Counted from the first letter of the stretch, positions 1 to 8,988 are shown. The stretch: 43,206 bases of DNA from an uncultured Clostridia bacterium (GCA_947647695.1 CANSLL010000001.1:1-43206); one strand, 5' to 3'. Notes: generated by a model from the letters alone, not told the origin. Program-made: numbers and translations.

Positions 1-66
1 GCTGTCCTGCCTGTTGCACTTCGTTTGAAATCAGTGATTTATTCAGAGTTTCCCTAAAAAGAATAC

Positions 67-95
67 TTGACAAATTCCTGCATAACGTATATAGT
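67..95 (+). promoter_or_regulatory. sigma-A type promoter for marR-degV
   Basis: TTGACA (67-72), 17-nt spacer, TATAGT (90-95). Confidence 0.75.
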
Positions 96-108
96 TCATA
101 AAGTGAAC
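94..108. promoter_or_regulatory. Palindromic operator, probably the MarR autoregulatory site
   Basis: GTTCA-taaag-TGAAC inverted repeat overlapping the -10/+1 region directly upstream of a MarR gene. Confidence 0.55.
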
Positions 109-141
109 CAAAAACAAATCCTGTTACAAGGAGGTGATCCG

Positions 142-594
142 ATGGATTCGACGGCTTGCGCCGGTGAGCGCCTGCTCAGCGCGTGGCTGACTTTGTCGTC
201 CACGCTGTGGAACGAGCGTATCGTGACGGGCATGACCTTCAACGAAGCGTTCATCTGCAATCTGCTCACCCACCGGCGTTTGGAAGCGCCCGGCGCGCCC
301 CTGACCGCCACGGACCTATGCGCCCGGACCCAGCTTTTGAAGAGTCAGATGAACAAGCTGCTCAACGAGATGGAAAAGAAGGGCTATATCCAGCGCCTGC
401 GTTCGGACAAGGACAAGCGCCAGAGCTTCATCCTGCTGACCCCCGCCGGGGAGGACGCCTACGCCAGGGAACACGCGGGCATCACCGCGATCCTCCAGGC
501 GCTGGTCGAGGAGCTGGGCGAAGAAAAAACCCTCCATGCTGCCGATACCGTCGACGAGATCTCCCGCGCGCTGAAAAAGCTCGCTCTCTTGTAA
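142..594 (+). CDS. MarR family transcriptional regulator
   Basis: Winged-HTH motifs LTATDL..KSQMNKLLNEMEKKGYIQR..DKR..ILLT..G; start moved to ATG142 because of the RBS AAGGAGGTGA at 128-137. Confidence 0.9.
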   Translation: MDSTACAGERLLSAWLTLSSTLWNERIVTGMTFNEAFICNLLTHRRLEAPGAPLTATDLCARTQLLKSQMNKLLNEMEKKGYIQRLRSDKDKRQSFILLTPAGEDAYAREHAGITAILQALVEELGEEKTLHAADTVDEISRALKKLALL

Positions 595-618
595 CAGCAG
601 TTATGGAAAGGAATTTGT

Positions 619-1464
619 ATGATTCGTATTCTTACCGACTCCGCCGCCGATCTGACACCGGAGGAGCTGAAGCGCTATCAGATCACCGCCGTGCCCCTGA
701 GCATCCAGTTCGGCGAGCAGACGTACCGCGACGGCGTGACCCTCGACAAGGACAAGTTTTATGACCTGCTGCAAAATAGCGGGACCTTCCCCCAAACGTC
801 CCAACCCACTCCCTGCGATTTTGAAGGGTTTTTTGAAGAAGCCAAAGCCGCCGGAGACGAGGTCGTCGCCGTGCTGCTGTCCTCCATCCTCTCCGGCACT
901 TACCAGGGCGCCCGGATCGCCAGGGACATGGTGGACTACGACGGCATCCATCTCCTGGACAGCATGAGCGCCACCGTGGGCGAGCGGCTGCTGCTGCTCC
1001 AGGCCGTCTCCCTGCGCGATCAAGGGTGCGGCGCCCAGGAGATCCTTGCAGCCCTGGAAGCGCTGAAAAAGCGCATCTGTATCTGGGCCAGCCTTGATAC
1101 GCTGGAGTATCTCCGCCGGGGCGGCCGCCTGTCCGCCGCCGCTGCTGGCGTGGGAACGCTGGCCAATATGAAACCCATCATCACCGTCACCGAGGGCAGC
1201 GTCTGCGTGGTCAAAAAGTGCATCGGCCAGAAACGCTCCATGGAGCAGATCGCTCATCTGATGGAAAACCGGCCGCCCGACCCCGCTTATCCCATTTTCG
1301 GCCTGTACACCCACGAGCGGGCCAACTGTACCGCCCTGACGGCCTATCTGTCCAAATCCGGCTTCACGATCCCGGAGGACGCCTATCTGAATATCGGCCC
1401 CAGCATCGGCTGCCACGTCGGCCCCGGCGCTTACGGCGTGGCGTATATCGCCGCAGAAGGGTAA
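619..1464 (+). CDS. DegV family (FakB-like) fatty-acid-binding protein
   Basis: IRILTDSAADL, PQTSQP, LSSILSGTY, LEYLRRGGR and HVGPG motifs; 281 aa. Confidence 0.95.
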   Translation: MIRILTDSAADLTPEELKRYQITAVPLSIQFGEQTYRDGVTLDKDKFYDLLQNSGTFPQTSQPTPCDFEGFFEEAKAAGDEVVAVLLSSILSGTYQGARIARDMVDYDGIHLLDSMSATVGERLLLLQAVSLRDQGCGAQEILAALEALKKRICIWASLDTLEYLRRGGRLSAAAAGVGTLANMKPIITVTEGSVCVVKKCIGQKRSMEQIAHLMENRPPDPAYPIFGLYTHERANCTALTAYLSKSGFTIPEDAYLNIGPSIGCHVGPGAYGVAYIAAEG

Positions 1465-1484
1465 AAAACGGGCAGAAAATCTAT

Positions 1485-1521
1485 ACACACTGCAATTTTT
1501 CGACAGGAAATTGCAGTGTGT
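1485..1521. terminator. Stem-loop downstream of degV, with TTCGACA (TGTCGAA on the minus strand) at the loop
   Basis: ACACACTGCAATTT ... AAATTGCAGTGTGT 14-bp arms, followed by a T-rich tract. Confidence 0.7.
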
Positions 1522-1582
1522 CATTTTCTTTTGATACCATTTTCCGCGCCCTTTTTGACAGCACAGCGAAAAATAGGCGGGA

Positions 1583-1616
1583 GAAAGCCCGCGGTTCGGG
1601 GAAACCGCGGGCTTTC
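1583..1616. terminator. Intrinsic terminator hairpin between the convergent degV and dhaL genes
   Basis: GAAAGCCCGCGGTT / AACCGCGGGCTTTC perfect inverted repeat. Confidence 0.7.
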
Positions 1617-1680
1617 CGACTATATAGGACCTCCGAACCGCCGAATTTTTCGGCAGATCGGAGCTGTTCCGCTCCGGCGT

Positions 1681-2322
1681 TTATCCGCAGATGTAATTCC
1701 GCAGGCCCATGACCATATAACGGCCCGCCACAGCGCCCTGGTCGGGCGTTCCGATGGCTTTGGCAGCGAATACCGCCGCTTTTCCGAACTTCGGCGTCAT
1801 GTTCTTGGTGGCCTCTACGCCCTCGTCCGCACCGGCAACGGCGGCGTTGATGACCGTATCCAGGTCCGCCGCACCGGCCTCCACGGCCTCGGTGGCTTTC
1901 TTTGCCGCCGCGTCCACGGCGTCAAGGATGGTGCGGTCGCCCAAGGCGCACTTGCCGCGCTTCTGGATACCCGCCGCAAAAGCGGTCAGATACGCGGCCA
2001 GCTCCGCCGGGCCGATCTCCTCCTTGCCCTTGAGGGCCTTGCCGCCCTCCATCACGCCGCTGGACATCAGTGTGCCCATGGTGGACGGCACCAGGGACGC
2101 CATCTTCATACCGGCCTTCATCAGCGTCTTGCCCACATCGCCGGCCTCGGCATTGTCGCGGATCAGCTGGGGCAGCGCGCCGTAGCCCTTGTGCATGGTC
2201 AGGCCCAGGTCTCCGTCGCCCATCTTCGCGTCCATATCGCACAGCTCATCCTTTTTCTCGGTGAAAATCTGCGCCACGCCTTCAAACAGCTCGCTCAGCT
2301 GTTCCAATGTGATCTTATCCAT
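1681..2322 (-). CDS. dhaL: Dihydroxyacetone kinase family L subunit (Dak2, ADP-binding)
   Basis: D-x4-GDGDLG motif, STMGTL, GDRTILDA, GKAAVF..G.PDQGA. Confidence 0.9.
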   Translation of the reverse strand: MDKITLEQLSELFEGVAQIFTEKKDELCDMDAKMGDGDLGLTMHKGYGALPQLIRDNAEAGDVGKTLMKAGMKMASLVPSTMGTLMSSGVMEGGKALKGKEEIGPAELAAYLTAFAAGIQKRGKCALGDRTILDAVDAAAKKATEAVEAGAADLDTVINAAVAGADEGVEATKNMTPKFGKAAVFAAKAIGTPDQGAVAGRYMVMGLRNYICG

Positions 2323-2333
2323 CCTGTGCCTCC

Positions 2334-3329
2334 TTACGCCTGGGTATAAAACGGCGTCTTGACCGGCAGGTCGATCTGCGCCTTCATCTCATCGTCCACC
2401 ATGCGGCAGATGGAGATGGACGCGCCCGCCATTTCCATGGAGGTGGCGTATTCGCCCACAAAGGTGCGGTAGACCTTGATCCCCTTTTCATCCAGAATGC
2501 CCCGGACGGAGTTGCAGAGGATGTACAGCTCTTCCACGGAGGTCGCGCCCAGACCGTTGATCAGGATGCAGACCTCCTCGCCCGCGGCGACAGGCATATC
2601 GTCCAGCAGCGTCTTCATGGACTCCGCCGCGATCTCGTCCGCCGTCTTGACCGGGCCGTTCCACACGCCCGGCTCGCCGTGGATGCCCATGCCCATGGCC
2701 ATCTCGTCCTCGCCCAGGGTAAAGTTGGGATGGCCCACTTCGGGGATCACGCAGGGCGTGAGGGCAAAGCCCACGGTGCGGGTGTTGTCCTTGGCCTTCT
2801 GAGCCGCCGCCAAAACCTCGTCCAGGGTACCGCCCTTGGCCGCCTTCGCGCCGGCGCACTTGTACATGAAGAAGATACCAGCCACGCCGCGGCGGGTGTC
2901 GGGGTTGGCGTTGGAGTTGACATCGTCCGCGCCCACGATGGAGCGGGTCTCGATGTCGTCCATCTCGCACATCTCGGCGGCCATGTCAAAGTTCATGATA
3001 TCGCCGGTGTAATTGCCGTAAAGATACAGGATACCCGCGCCCGCTTCCACTTCCTTGGAAACGTTGTAGATCTGCTCGGCAGAGGGGGACTGGAACACGC
3101 CGCCGACGCCGCAGCCGTCCAGCAGGCCGTCGCCCACATAGCCTAAAAACAGGGGCAGATGGCCCGTACCGCCGCCGGTGATGATGGCGACCTTGCCGTC
3201 CTTCTTGTTGGCCGTGCAGAAGCAGCGCAGATCGCCTTCCACATACTTGACCTGATCGCCATAGGCGTCGTAAATGCCCTTGAGCATCTCGTCCACATAG
3301 TTTTCAGGCGCGTTGATAATTTTTTTCAT
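2334..3329 (-). CDS. dhaK: Dihydroxyacetone kinase family K subunit (Dak1), HLP variant
   Basis: MKKIIN, GGGTGHLP, NYTGD, GMGIHGEPG, LINGLGAT, TSMEMAGASIS. Confidence 0.9.
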   Translation of the reverse strand: MKKIINAPENYVDEMLKGIYDAYGDQVKYVEGDLRCFCTANKKDGKVAIITGGGTGHLPLFLGYVGDGLLDGCGVGGVFQSPSAEQIYNVSKEVEAGAGILYLYGNYTGDIMNFDMAAEMCEMDDIETRSIVGADDVNSNANPDTRRGVAGIFFMYKCAGAKAAKGGTLDEVLAAAQKAKDNTRTVGFALTPCVIPEVGHPNFTLGEDEMAMGMGIHGEPGVWNGPVKTADEIAAESMKTLLDDMPVAAGEEVCILINGLGATSVEELYILCNSVRGILDEKGIKVYRTFVGEYATSMEMAGASISICRMVDDEMKAQIDLPVKTPFYTQA

Positions 3330-3362
3330 CGGGACTCCTCCTTCAAACTTCTGCCGCGCGTT

Positions 3363-3827
3363 TCACATGGTCAGGCCAAGGGCCTCCTCCAGCGCGTCAA
3401 AATAAATATCCTCATGGCTGGTGTTGTTCTTGAAAATGCACACGCTCATGACCTCCTTGCCCACGGCAAAGGGCACCGCGTGCCACACGGAGGGCTTGAG
3501 GGAAATACCCAGTCCGCAGGGGATGTAAAATGCCGTGACGTTCTCCGCCTTCAGCTCCCCCGCCGGGGCCATGCCCACGATGAGGTCGCCGTCCATGGCG
3601 ATCAGGTTTTCCGTGGTGTGGTCGTGGGCCTCAAACTCCTTGAGGACAAAGGCGTGGGGGATGACCCGCATCAGATTGATGGACGTGGGGTCGGGAATGA
3701 CCACCGCCTGGGGATACCACAGATGGGTGGCGGGATTGCCGCCGGCCTCGCGGCCCTCGGTGGTCAGCACTTCGCCGAAGGGCGCAAAGGCTTCCTTCGT
3801 CAGCTTCTGGACCTGAATCGTTTTCAT
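3363..3827 (-). CDS. Ureidoglycolate lyase (AllA)-like cupin protein
   Basis: N-terminal LTKEAFAPFG, E-x-H and VWH motifs typical of the AllA fold; substrate uncertain. Confidence 0.75.
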   Translation of the reverse strand: MKTIQVQKLTKEAFAPFGEVLTTEGREAGGNPATHLWYPQAVVIPDPTSINLMRVIPHAFVLKEFEAHDHTTENLIAMDGDLIVGMAPAGELKAENVTAFYIPCGLGISLKPSVWHAVPFAVGKEVMSVCIFKNNTSHEDIYFDALEEALGLTM

Positions 3828-3852
3828 AAACTTTGAGCCTTCCTTTCTAAAC

Positions 3853-4899
3853 TCAGGACGCCGCAGCGGCCTTTTTCTCCGCTCTCTTTTCCAGAACGAC
3901 GCTCAGTACCAGCGCCGCGATCAGCAGACAGCCGTTGGCGAAGGTCTTGGCGTTCTGGGAAACGTGCATCAGGCTGAACCCGTTGGCGATCATTTGCAGC
4001 AGCAGCACCGCCAGCGTCACGCCCAGTACGCGGCCCTTGCCGCCGTCGGGGTGGATGCCGCCCAGCACGACGATCAGCAGCGTCAGCAGCGTGTAGGTCG
4101 AGCCGTTGGAGGACTTGGCGGAGTTGAGGTGGGAGGTGATCAGGATGCCGGAGATGCCACCCAGGATGCCGGAGAACATGTAGGTCATGATGGTGACCTT
4201 CAAGGTGTTGATGCCGGAGTACATGGCGGCTTTGGCGTTGGAGCCGAGGAAATAGATCTCATGTCCGAACACCGTACACTTCATGATAAATACCACCGCT
4301 GCCAGCACCACGATGAAGATCAGCAGCACGATGGGAATGCCCGTGCCGGGGATCGTGCCGTTGGCGATGTTCTTGAACGCGTCGCACATGCCGTTGATGG
4401 CCGGGCCGCCGGTGATGCCGTAGGCAAGGCCCGTGTACAGCTGGAGGCCGCACAGCGTGACCAGCATGGCGGGCAGGCCGAAGTAGCCGATGATAAAGCC
4501 GTTGAACGCGCCGCAGGCAGCACCGACCACAATGGCCACCACGATGGCCAGGATCAGGGCCGGCAGGACCATGCCGGGATTGAGGACGGTGGTGCCGTCC
4601 ATCTGCACCATGTTTTTCAGGATCAGCGCCGCTAAAACGCCGCTCAGATTCATGATGCCCACTAAGGACAAGTCGATGCCGCCGGCGATCATGCAGGCCA
4701 TCATGCCAAAGGCCAGGATACCGTATTCAGGGAACTGGAAAATCATCGACACCAGGTTTTTCCCGGAGAAGAAGTCCGACGGGGACAGGATCATCATAAT
4801 GATGCAGACGAGAACCATCAGACCGATGATGGTCACGATATGCGTATCTCTCAGAAAACCAGGCAGGCGTCTGTCTTTTGTCAATTTCGGTTCGCTCAT
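3853..4899 (-). CDS. Sugar ABC transporter permease (RbsC/BPD_transp_2 family)
   Basis: GGIDLS, FGHEIYFLGSNAKAAMYSGIN, VVLGG motifs; many hydrophobic segments. Confidence 0.92.
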   Translation of the reverse strand: MSEPKLTKDRRLPGFLRDTHIVTIIGLMVLVCIIMMILSPSDFFSGKNLVSMIFQFPEYGILAFGMMACMIAGGIDLSLVGIMNLSGVLAALILKNMVQMDGTTVLNPGMVLPALILAIVVAIVVGAACGAFNGFIIGYFGLPAMLVTLCGLQLYTGLAYGITGGPAINGMCDAFKNIANGTIPGTGIPIVLLIFIVVLAAVVFIMKCTVFGHEIYFLGSNAKAAMYSGINTLKVTIMTYMFSGILGGISGILITSHLNSAKSSNGSTYTLLTLLIVVLGGIHPDGGKGRVLGVTLAVLLLQMIANGFSLMHVSQNAKTFANGCLLIAALVLSVVLEKRAEKKAAAAS

Positions 4900-4914
4900 G
4901 ATGTCTGCACCTCC

Positions 4915-5928
4915 TTAAATCTTACCGAGCTTCGTCTGGCGCTTGGCCTGGATCGAGGTCAGGATCGCGCCCAGCAGAAGCACCAGGCCCACTGCAAAGG
5001 TCTGCCAGCTGGTGGGGATGCCCAACATGTTCAGGTTGGTCTGCACCAGGGTGATCAGCAGCACGCCGAGGATCGTTCCGCCCACATTGCCGTGTCCGCC
5101 GGTCAGGCGGCAGCCGCCGACGACGCAGGCGGCGATAATAATCATCTCATCGCCCATCAGCGCGGTGGTCGTGGACGAGTGCATCAGCGTGGTGTAGATC
5201 ATGGCCGTCGCGCCGGCGGCCACGCCGCAGAAAATATAGGCAAAGAACTGGAGGAGGCGGACGTTGAAGCCGGCGATCCGCGCGGCGTTGGCGTCGCCGC
5301 CGATGGCGTACAAGCCGCGGCCCAGCATGGTAAAGTGCATCACCAGCGCCATCACGACGCACAGGGCGACCGGTACCAGGAACAGGATCGTCAACGGATA
5401 AGTAAAGCCCGTCGCCGCGTCGGTGTACGTTACCAGATTGACCCGATACAGCGCCTCCAGGGAGGGCGGAAGGGTCGTAAATTCCCGGGTGCCCAGGGCC
5501 AGGATCAGCCCGCCGGAGGCGATGGAGCTGGTGGCCAGGGTGGCAATCAGCGGCGGCAGCTTGAGGTAGGACACCAAGATGCCGTTGAGGATGCCGAAGA
5601 TCAGGCCGATGAACATGGCCAGACCGAAGAAGGCGAACACATTGTCCGGCAGCATCCCGTGGTAGTTCAGGTACAGCGGCACATACATGGCCACGCAGCC
5701 CACCGCGGGGAAGGAAACGTCGATGCCGCCGGAGATGATGACCACCATCTCGCAGATGGCAAAGCACATGGTAAAGATGCCGGCGCGGCCGATGTTGATG
5801 GCCGTGGCAGGGCTGAGGAACGCCGGCTGGCGGATAGAAACGACGATGCAGAACACGGCGATGACGTAAATCAGGATCATCGGAGTGCTCGTCAGGGCCA
5901 TTTTCAGCTTCTGATTCTGAGTTGTCAT
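4915..5928 (-). CDS. Sugar ABC transporter permease (RbsC/BPD_transp_2 family)
   Basis: SGGIDVS, LGRGLYAIGGDANAARIAGFNV, AACVVGG motifs. Confidence 0.92.
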   Translation of the reverse strand: MTTQNQKLKMALTSTPMILIYVIAVFCIVVSIRQPAFLSPATAINIGRAGIFTMCFAICEMVVIISGGIDVSFPAVGCVAMYVPLYLNYHGMLPDNVFAFFGLAMFIGLIFGILNGILVSYLKLPPLIATLATSSIASGGLILALGTREFTTLPPSLEALYRVNLVTYTDAATGFTYPLTILFLVPVALCVVMALVMHFTMLGRGLYAIGGDANAARIAGFNVRLLQFFAYIFCGVAAGATAMIYTTLMHSSTTTALMGDEMIIIAACVVGGCRLTGGHGNVGGTILGVLLITLVQTNLNMLGIPTSWQTFAVGLVLLLGAILTSIQAKRQTKLGKI

Positions 5929-7433
5929 TTGGACTCGACCTCCTCTTCATTGGCGCCGATCAGCAGATTCGACAGGGAGATCTCGTCGATGCTGTTATCG
6001 ACCTCGGCCGCAACCTTCCCGTCGCGCATGACGACGATCTTGTTGCAGTTCTGCACCAGCTCGGGCAGGTCGTCGGAGATGACGATGATGCCGATGCCCT
6101 GCTGGGCAAGATTGTGCAAAATCCCGTGGATCTCGGATTTTGCACCGATATCGACGCCCACCGTGGGGCCGTCCAGGATAAACAGCTTCGGGTCCGTATT
6201 CAGCCACTTGGCGATGACCACCTTCTGGGCGTTGCCGCCGGAAAGGGTGCGCACCGCGGGCTTGGGCGACGGCGCCACGATGCCGATCTCCTTGATCCAG
6301 TGCTTCGTCGCGTCCTCCATGCCCTGCTCGTCCAGCCGGGCGCCCTTCATATAGCGGCGGATGGAGGAGGCGATGGTATTGTCCTGGATGGAGCGCTGCA
6401 TGAACAATCCCTGGGTCAGACGGTCCTCGGGCACATAGCCGATGTCGTTGGCCATGGCGTCCGCCACGCTCTTGATGGTGATCTCCTTGCCGTTGAGCAC
6501 CACCCTGCCGGACTCCGCCGGCGCGATGCCGAACAGCGCCTCGCCGATTTCGCCGCGGCCTGAGCCGAGCAGGCCCGTCAGGCCCAGCACGTCGCCCTTG
6601 CGCAGGGTAAAGGAAACGTCCTCGAAGGCGCCGCTGCGGGTCAGATGCTCCACGCGGAGGATCTCCTCCTCGGACGCCGCCGCGTTGTATTTCTCGCCGG
6701 AGATGTCCTTGCCGGTCATATCCCTGGTGAAACGCGCCTGGTCGTATTCGCTGATCGGGCCGCTGGAGACATAGGCGCCGTTGCGCAGGATGGTCAGGCG
6801 GTCCGCGATGCGGTAGATCTCGTCTAACTTGTGGTTGACGATCATGATGGCGATGCCTTTTTCCTTCAGGTTGCGCACGATGGCCCACAGCTTCTCCACC
6901 TCCCGGGCAGTCAAAGCGGTGGTGGGCTCGTCCAAAATCAGGAGCTTCGCGTCGTTGACGATGGCGCGGCCGATGGCCACCATCTGTTTATTGGCAACCG
7001 ACAGGCGCTCTAACTTCACGTCGGGATCGATATGAGCGCCCACCTGCTCCATTGCTTTTGCGGCGGTCTCGTGGATTTCCTTCCAGTTGACCAGCTTCGC
7101 TTTGTTTTTCAACTCCCCGTTCAGCGCGATATTTTCCGCCACCGTCAGGTTCGGAAACACCGCAAAATCCTGGTAGATGACCTGGATGCCGCGGTTGATC
7201 GCGTCCATGGGTTTCATTTTTTCTACTTTTTCCCCGTCGATCCAGATAGAGCCCTCGTCAGGCTCATGCACGCCGGAAATGGCCTTGATCAGCGTGGACT
7301 TGCCGCAGCCGTTTTCGCCGGCCAGGCAGTGGACCTCGCCCTTTCGGATCTCAAGGTCGACGCCCTTCAGCGCGTGAACGCCGCCGAAGGACTTTTTGAT
7401 ACCTTCCAGTTTCAAGAAGATTTCTTCAGACAT
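5925..7433 (-). CDS. Sugar ABC transporter ATP-binding protein (two fused NBDs, RbsA/MglA type)
   Basis: GENGCGKST Walker A, LLILDEPT, second-domain LSGGNAQK; ATGA overlap with the permease. Confidence 0.95.
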   Translation of the reverse strand: MSEEIFLKLEGIKKSFGGVHALKGVDLEIRKGEVHCLAGENGCGKSTLIKAISGVHEPDEGSIWIDGEKVEKMKPMDAINRGIQVIYQDFAVFPNLTVAENIALNGELKNKAKLVNWKEIHETAAKAMEQVGAHIDPDVKLERLSVANKQMVAIGRAIVNDAKLLILDEPTTALTAREVEKLWAIVRNLKEKGIAIMIVNHKLDEIYRIADRLTILRNGAYVSSGPISEYDQARFTRDMTGKDISGEKYNAAASEEEILRVEHLTRSGAFEDVSFTLRKGDVLGLTGLLGSGRGEIGEALFGIAPAESGRVVLNGKEITIKSVADAMANDIGYVPEDRLTQGLFMQRSIQDNTIASSIRRYMKGARLDEQGMEDATKHWIKEIGIVAPSPKPAVRTLSGGNAQKVVIAKWLNTDPKLFILDGPTVGVDIGAKSEIHGILHNLAQQGIGIIVISDDLPELVQNCNKIVVMRDGKVAAEVDNSIDEISLSNLLIGANEEEVESK

Positions 7434-7472
7434 AGTACCGGCCCCCCGTTTTTCCTATATAGTCGATTTGCT

Positions 7473-7511
7473 ATGGACCCCCATGGGGCGAGCCGCCACA
7501 TGGGGGTCCAT
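7473..7511 (-). terminator. Intercistronic stem-loop after the binding-protein gene (mRNA stabiliser or partial terminator)
   Basis: ATGGACCCCCATG ... CATGGGGGTCCAT 13-bp perfect arms plus an inner GGCG/CGCC stem; no long U tract. Confidence 0.65.
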
Positions 7512-7545
7512 TCAGTTGTCGCTTTCGCGTTGGATCTTCGCGCTC

Positions 7546-8607
7546 TTAGAAGTTGTAGTTGGCCATGTTGTCCTTGGTGACGTCGACGCGCGCGTTGCCG
7601 TACAGAACGGTGGGCGTGCCTTCGCCGGCGGTCAGGGACTCATAACCAACAGCAGCCAGGGAGGTGGAAGCAACGTCCAGCTCGCCGCCGGCCGCACGGG
7701 CGTCCAAAACGGCGATCGCCAGCTCGATCATAGCCTTGCCGGCCTCAGCGGGATCCCACACAGAGAAGGAAGCGATGGTGCCGTCCTCAATGTAGTTGCC
7801 GCAGATGGTGGTCATGGAAGTACCAACGATGGCAACCTGGCCGGACAGACCCAGCTCGGAAACTGCCTGGGCAGCGCCGGCCACGTCGGTGGACGCGGAA
7901 CCCTCGATCGCATTGATCTCGGGATGGGCGGTCAGCAACTCCTTGGTCTGGTTATAGGAAGAAGTGGTCTGGTCGCCGGTCTCATAACGGCCCAGCTTGA
8001 CCATGTTGCTGTTCTCTGCGAAATACGCGTCGGCAGCGTCGCACCACTCGTTGTGGGAGACAGAGTTCAGGTCGCCCACGAACTGGATATAGGTGCCTTC
8101 GCCGTTGGTCAGCTCGACGAGCTGCTTTGCGAAGTTGGTGCCGTAGTCGGCGTTGACGAACGCTTCGATATCATAATCGAAGTACTGGGGATCCATGGAA
8201 GCAGCCTCGTGGGTGATCACAACGACGCCGGCCTCCTTGGCCTTCTGCAGCACGGGCGCCAGAGACTGGGAGTCGAAGGGAACGACGCAGATGGCGTCCC
8301 AATCCTCAGCCAGCAGGCCCTCGACATAGCTCGCCTGGTCGGCGCCCTCGGTGGAGCCGCCGTACAGGTAATCGGTGCCGTTATCGGCATTGTAGGCCTT
8401 CACGCCCTCTTCCATGCGCTGGAACCAGCCGATGTTGGTCATCTTCGGCACAACAGCGATCTTATAGGTCGCGCCGTCGCCGTCGCCCTGGTTGTCATCT
8501 CCACTGTTGCCGCCGTCATTGCTGTTGCTGGGGCCGCAGCCTGCGAACAGGGTAGCGGTCATCATAACAGCAGCGCCCAGAGCGAAGATCCTTTTGAAAT
8601 TCTTCAT
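7546..8607 (-). CDS. Sugar ABC substrate-binding lipoprotein, LsrB/RhaS-like (Peripla_BP_4)
   Basis: Signal peptide with lipobox LFAG-C, G/D/N-rich linker, IAVVPK..IGWFQRMEEGV, ICVVP, VITHE, WDPAEAG. Confidence 0.88.
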   Translation of the reverse strand: MKNFKRIFALGAAVMMTATLFAGCGPSNSNDGGNSGDDNQGDGDGATYKIAVVPKMTNIGWFQRMEEGVKAYNADNGTDYLYGGSTEGADQASYVEGLLAEDWDAICVVPFDSQSLAPVLQKAKEAGVVVITHEAASMDPQYFDYDIEAFVNADYGTNFAKQLVELTNGEGTYIQFVGDLNSVSHNEWCDAADAYFAENSNMVKLGRYETGDQTTSSYNQTKELLTAHPEINAIEGSASTDVAGAAQAVSELGLSGQVAIVGTSMTTICGNYIEDGTIASFSVWDPAEAGKAMIELAIAVLDARAAGGELDVASTSLAAVGYESLTAGEGTPTVLYGNARVDVTKDNMANYNF

Positions 8608-8661
8608 GGTAATCAGGTCCTCTCTTCATCAAGATAAATTCGGTCTTCCAACCGTAGCTTT

Positions 8662-8690
8662 ATAGTAAAATATTCCCGTTCTATTGTCAA
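8662..8690 (-). promoter_or_regulatory. sigma-A type promoter of the ABC-cupin-dhaKL operon
   Basis: Minus strand TTGACA (8690-8685), 17 nt, TACTAT (8667-8662); AT-rich upstream region. Confidence 0.7.
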
Positions 8691-8910
8691 GCAAAATTCA
8701 ACAATTTAATAAAATTACCCTTACTTTTTTTGTCGATTATGCACATGGTCTATCTTCCATAACAGTGCAAAATGCCAGAATTTATTTTTTAATCCTTTTT
8801 GGCATTGTAAAACACTGCCAAAGCGCCCTTTCATGAGGCACACTGCGCACATTCTGTCTTTCTCCGGCGGAAAAGCCCATGCGCGCCGCCTCTTTTTGAG
8901 CCATATACGC

Positions 8911-8943
8911 AAAAAAAGAACGCGCCCAAATGGCCGCGCTCTT
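8911..8943 (-). terminator. Intrinsic terminator of the orphan gene 8989-9531
   Basis: Minus strand AAGAGCGCGGCC-ATTT-GGGCGCGTTCTT running into a T7 tract. Confidence 0.65.
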
Positions 8944-8988
8944 AACCGTTCAAGATTTTTAACCGCACTGTTTTTCAACAGGGCCGGT

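Noticed and set aside
7546-8607. Calling the ABC operon a canonical lsr (AI-2) or rhamnose operon
   Set aside because: No lsrK, lsrR, lsrF, lsrG or rha catabolic genes; the ligand cannot be assigned from family resemblance
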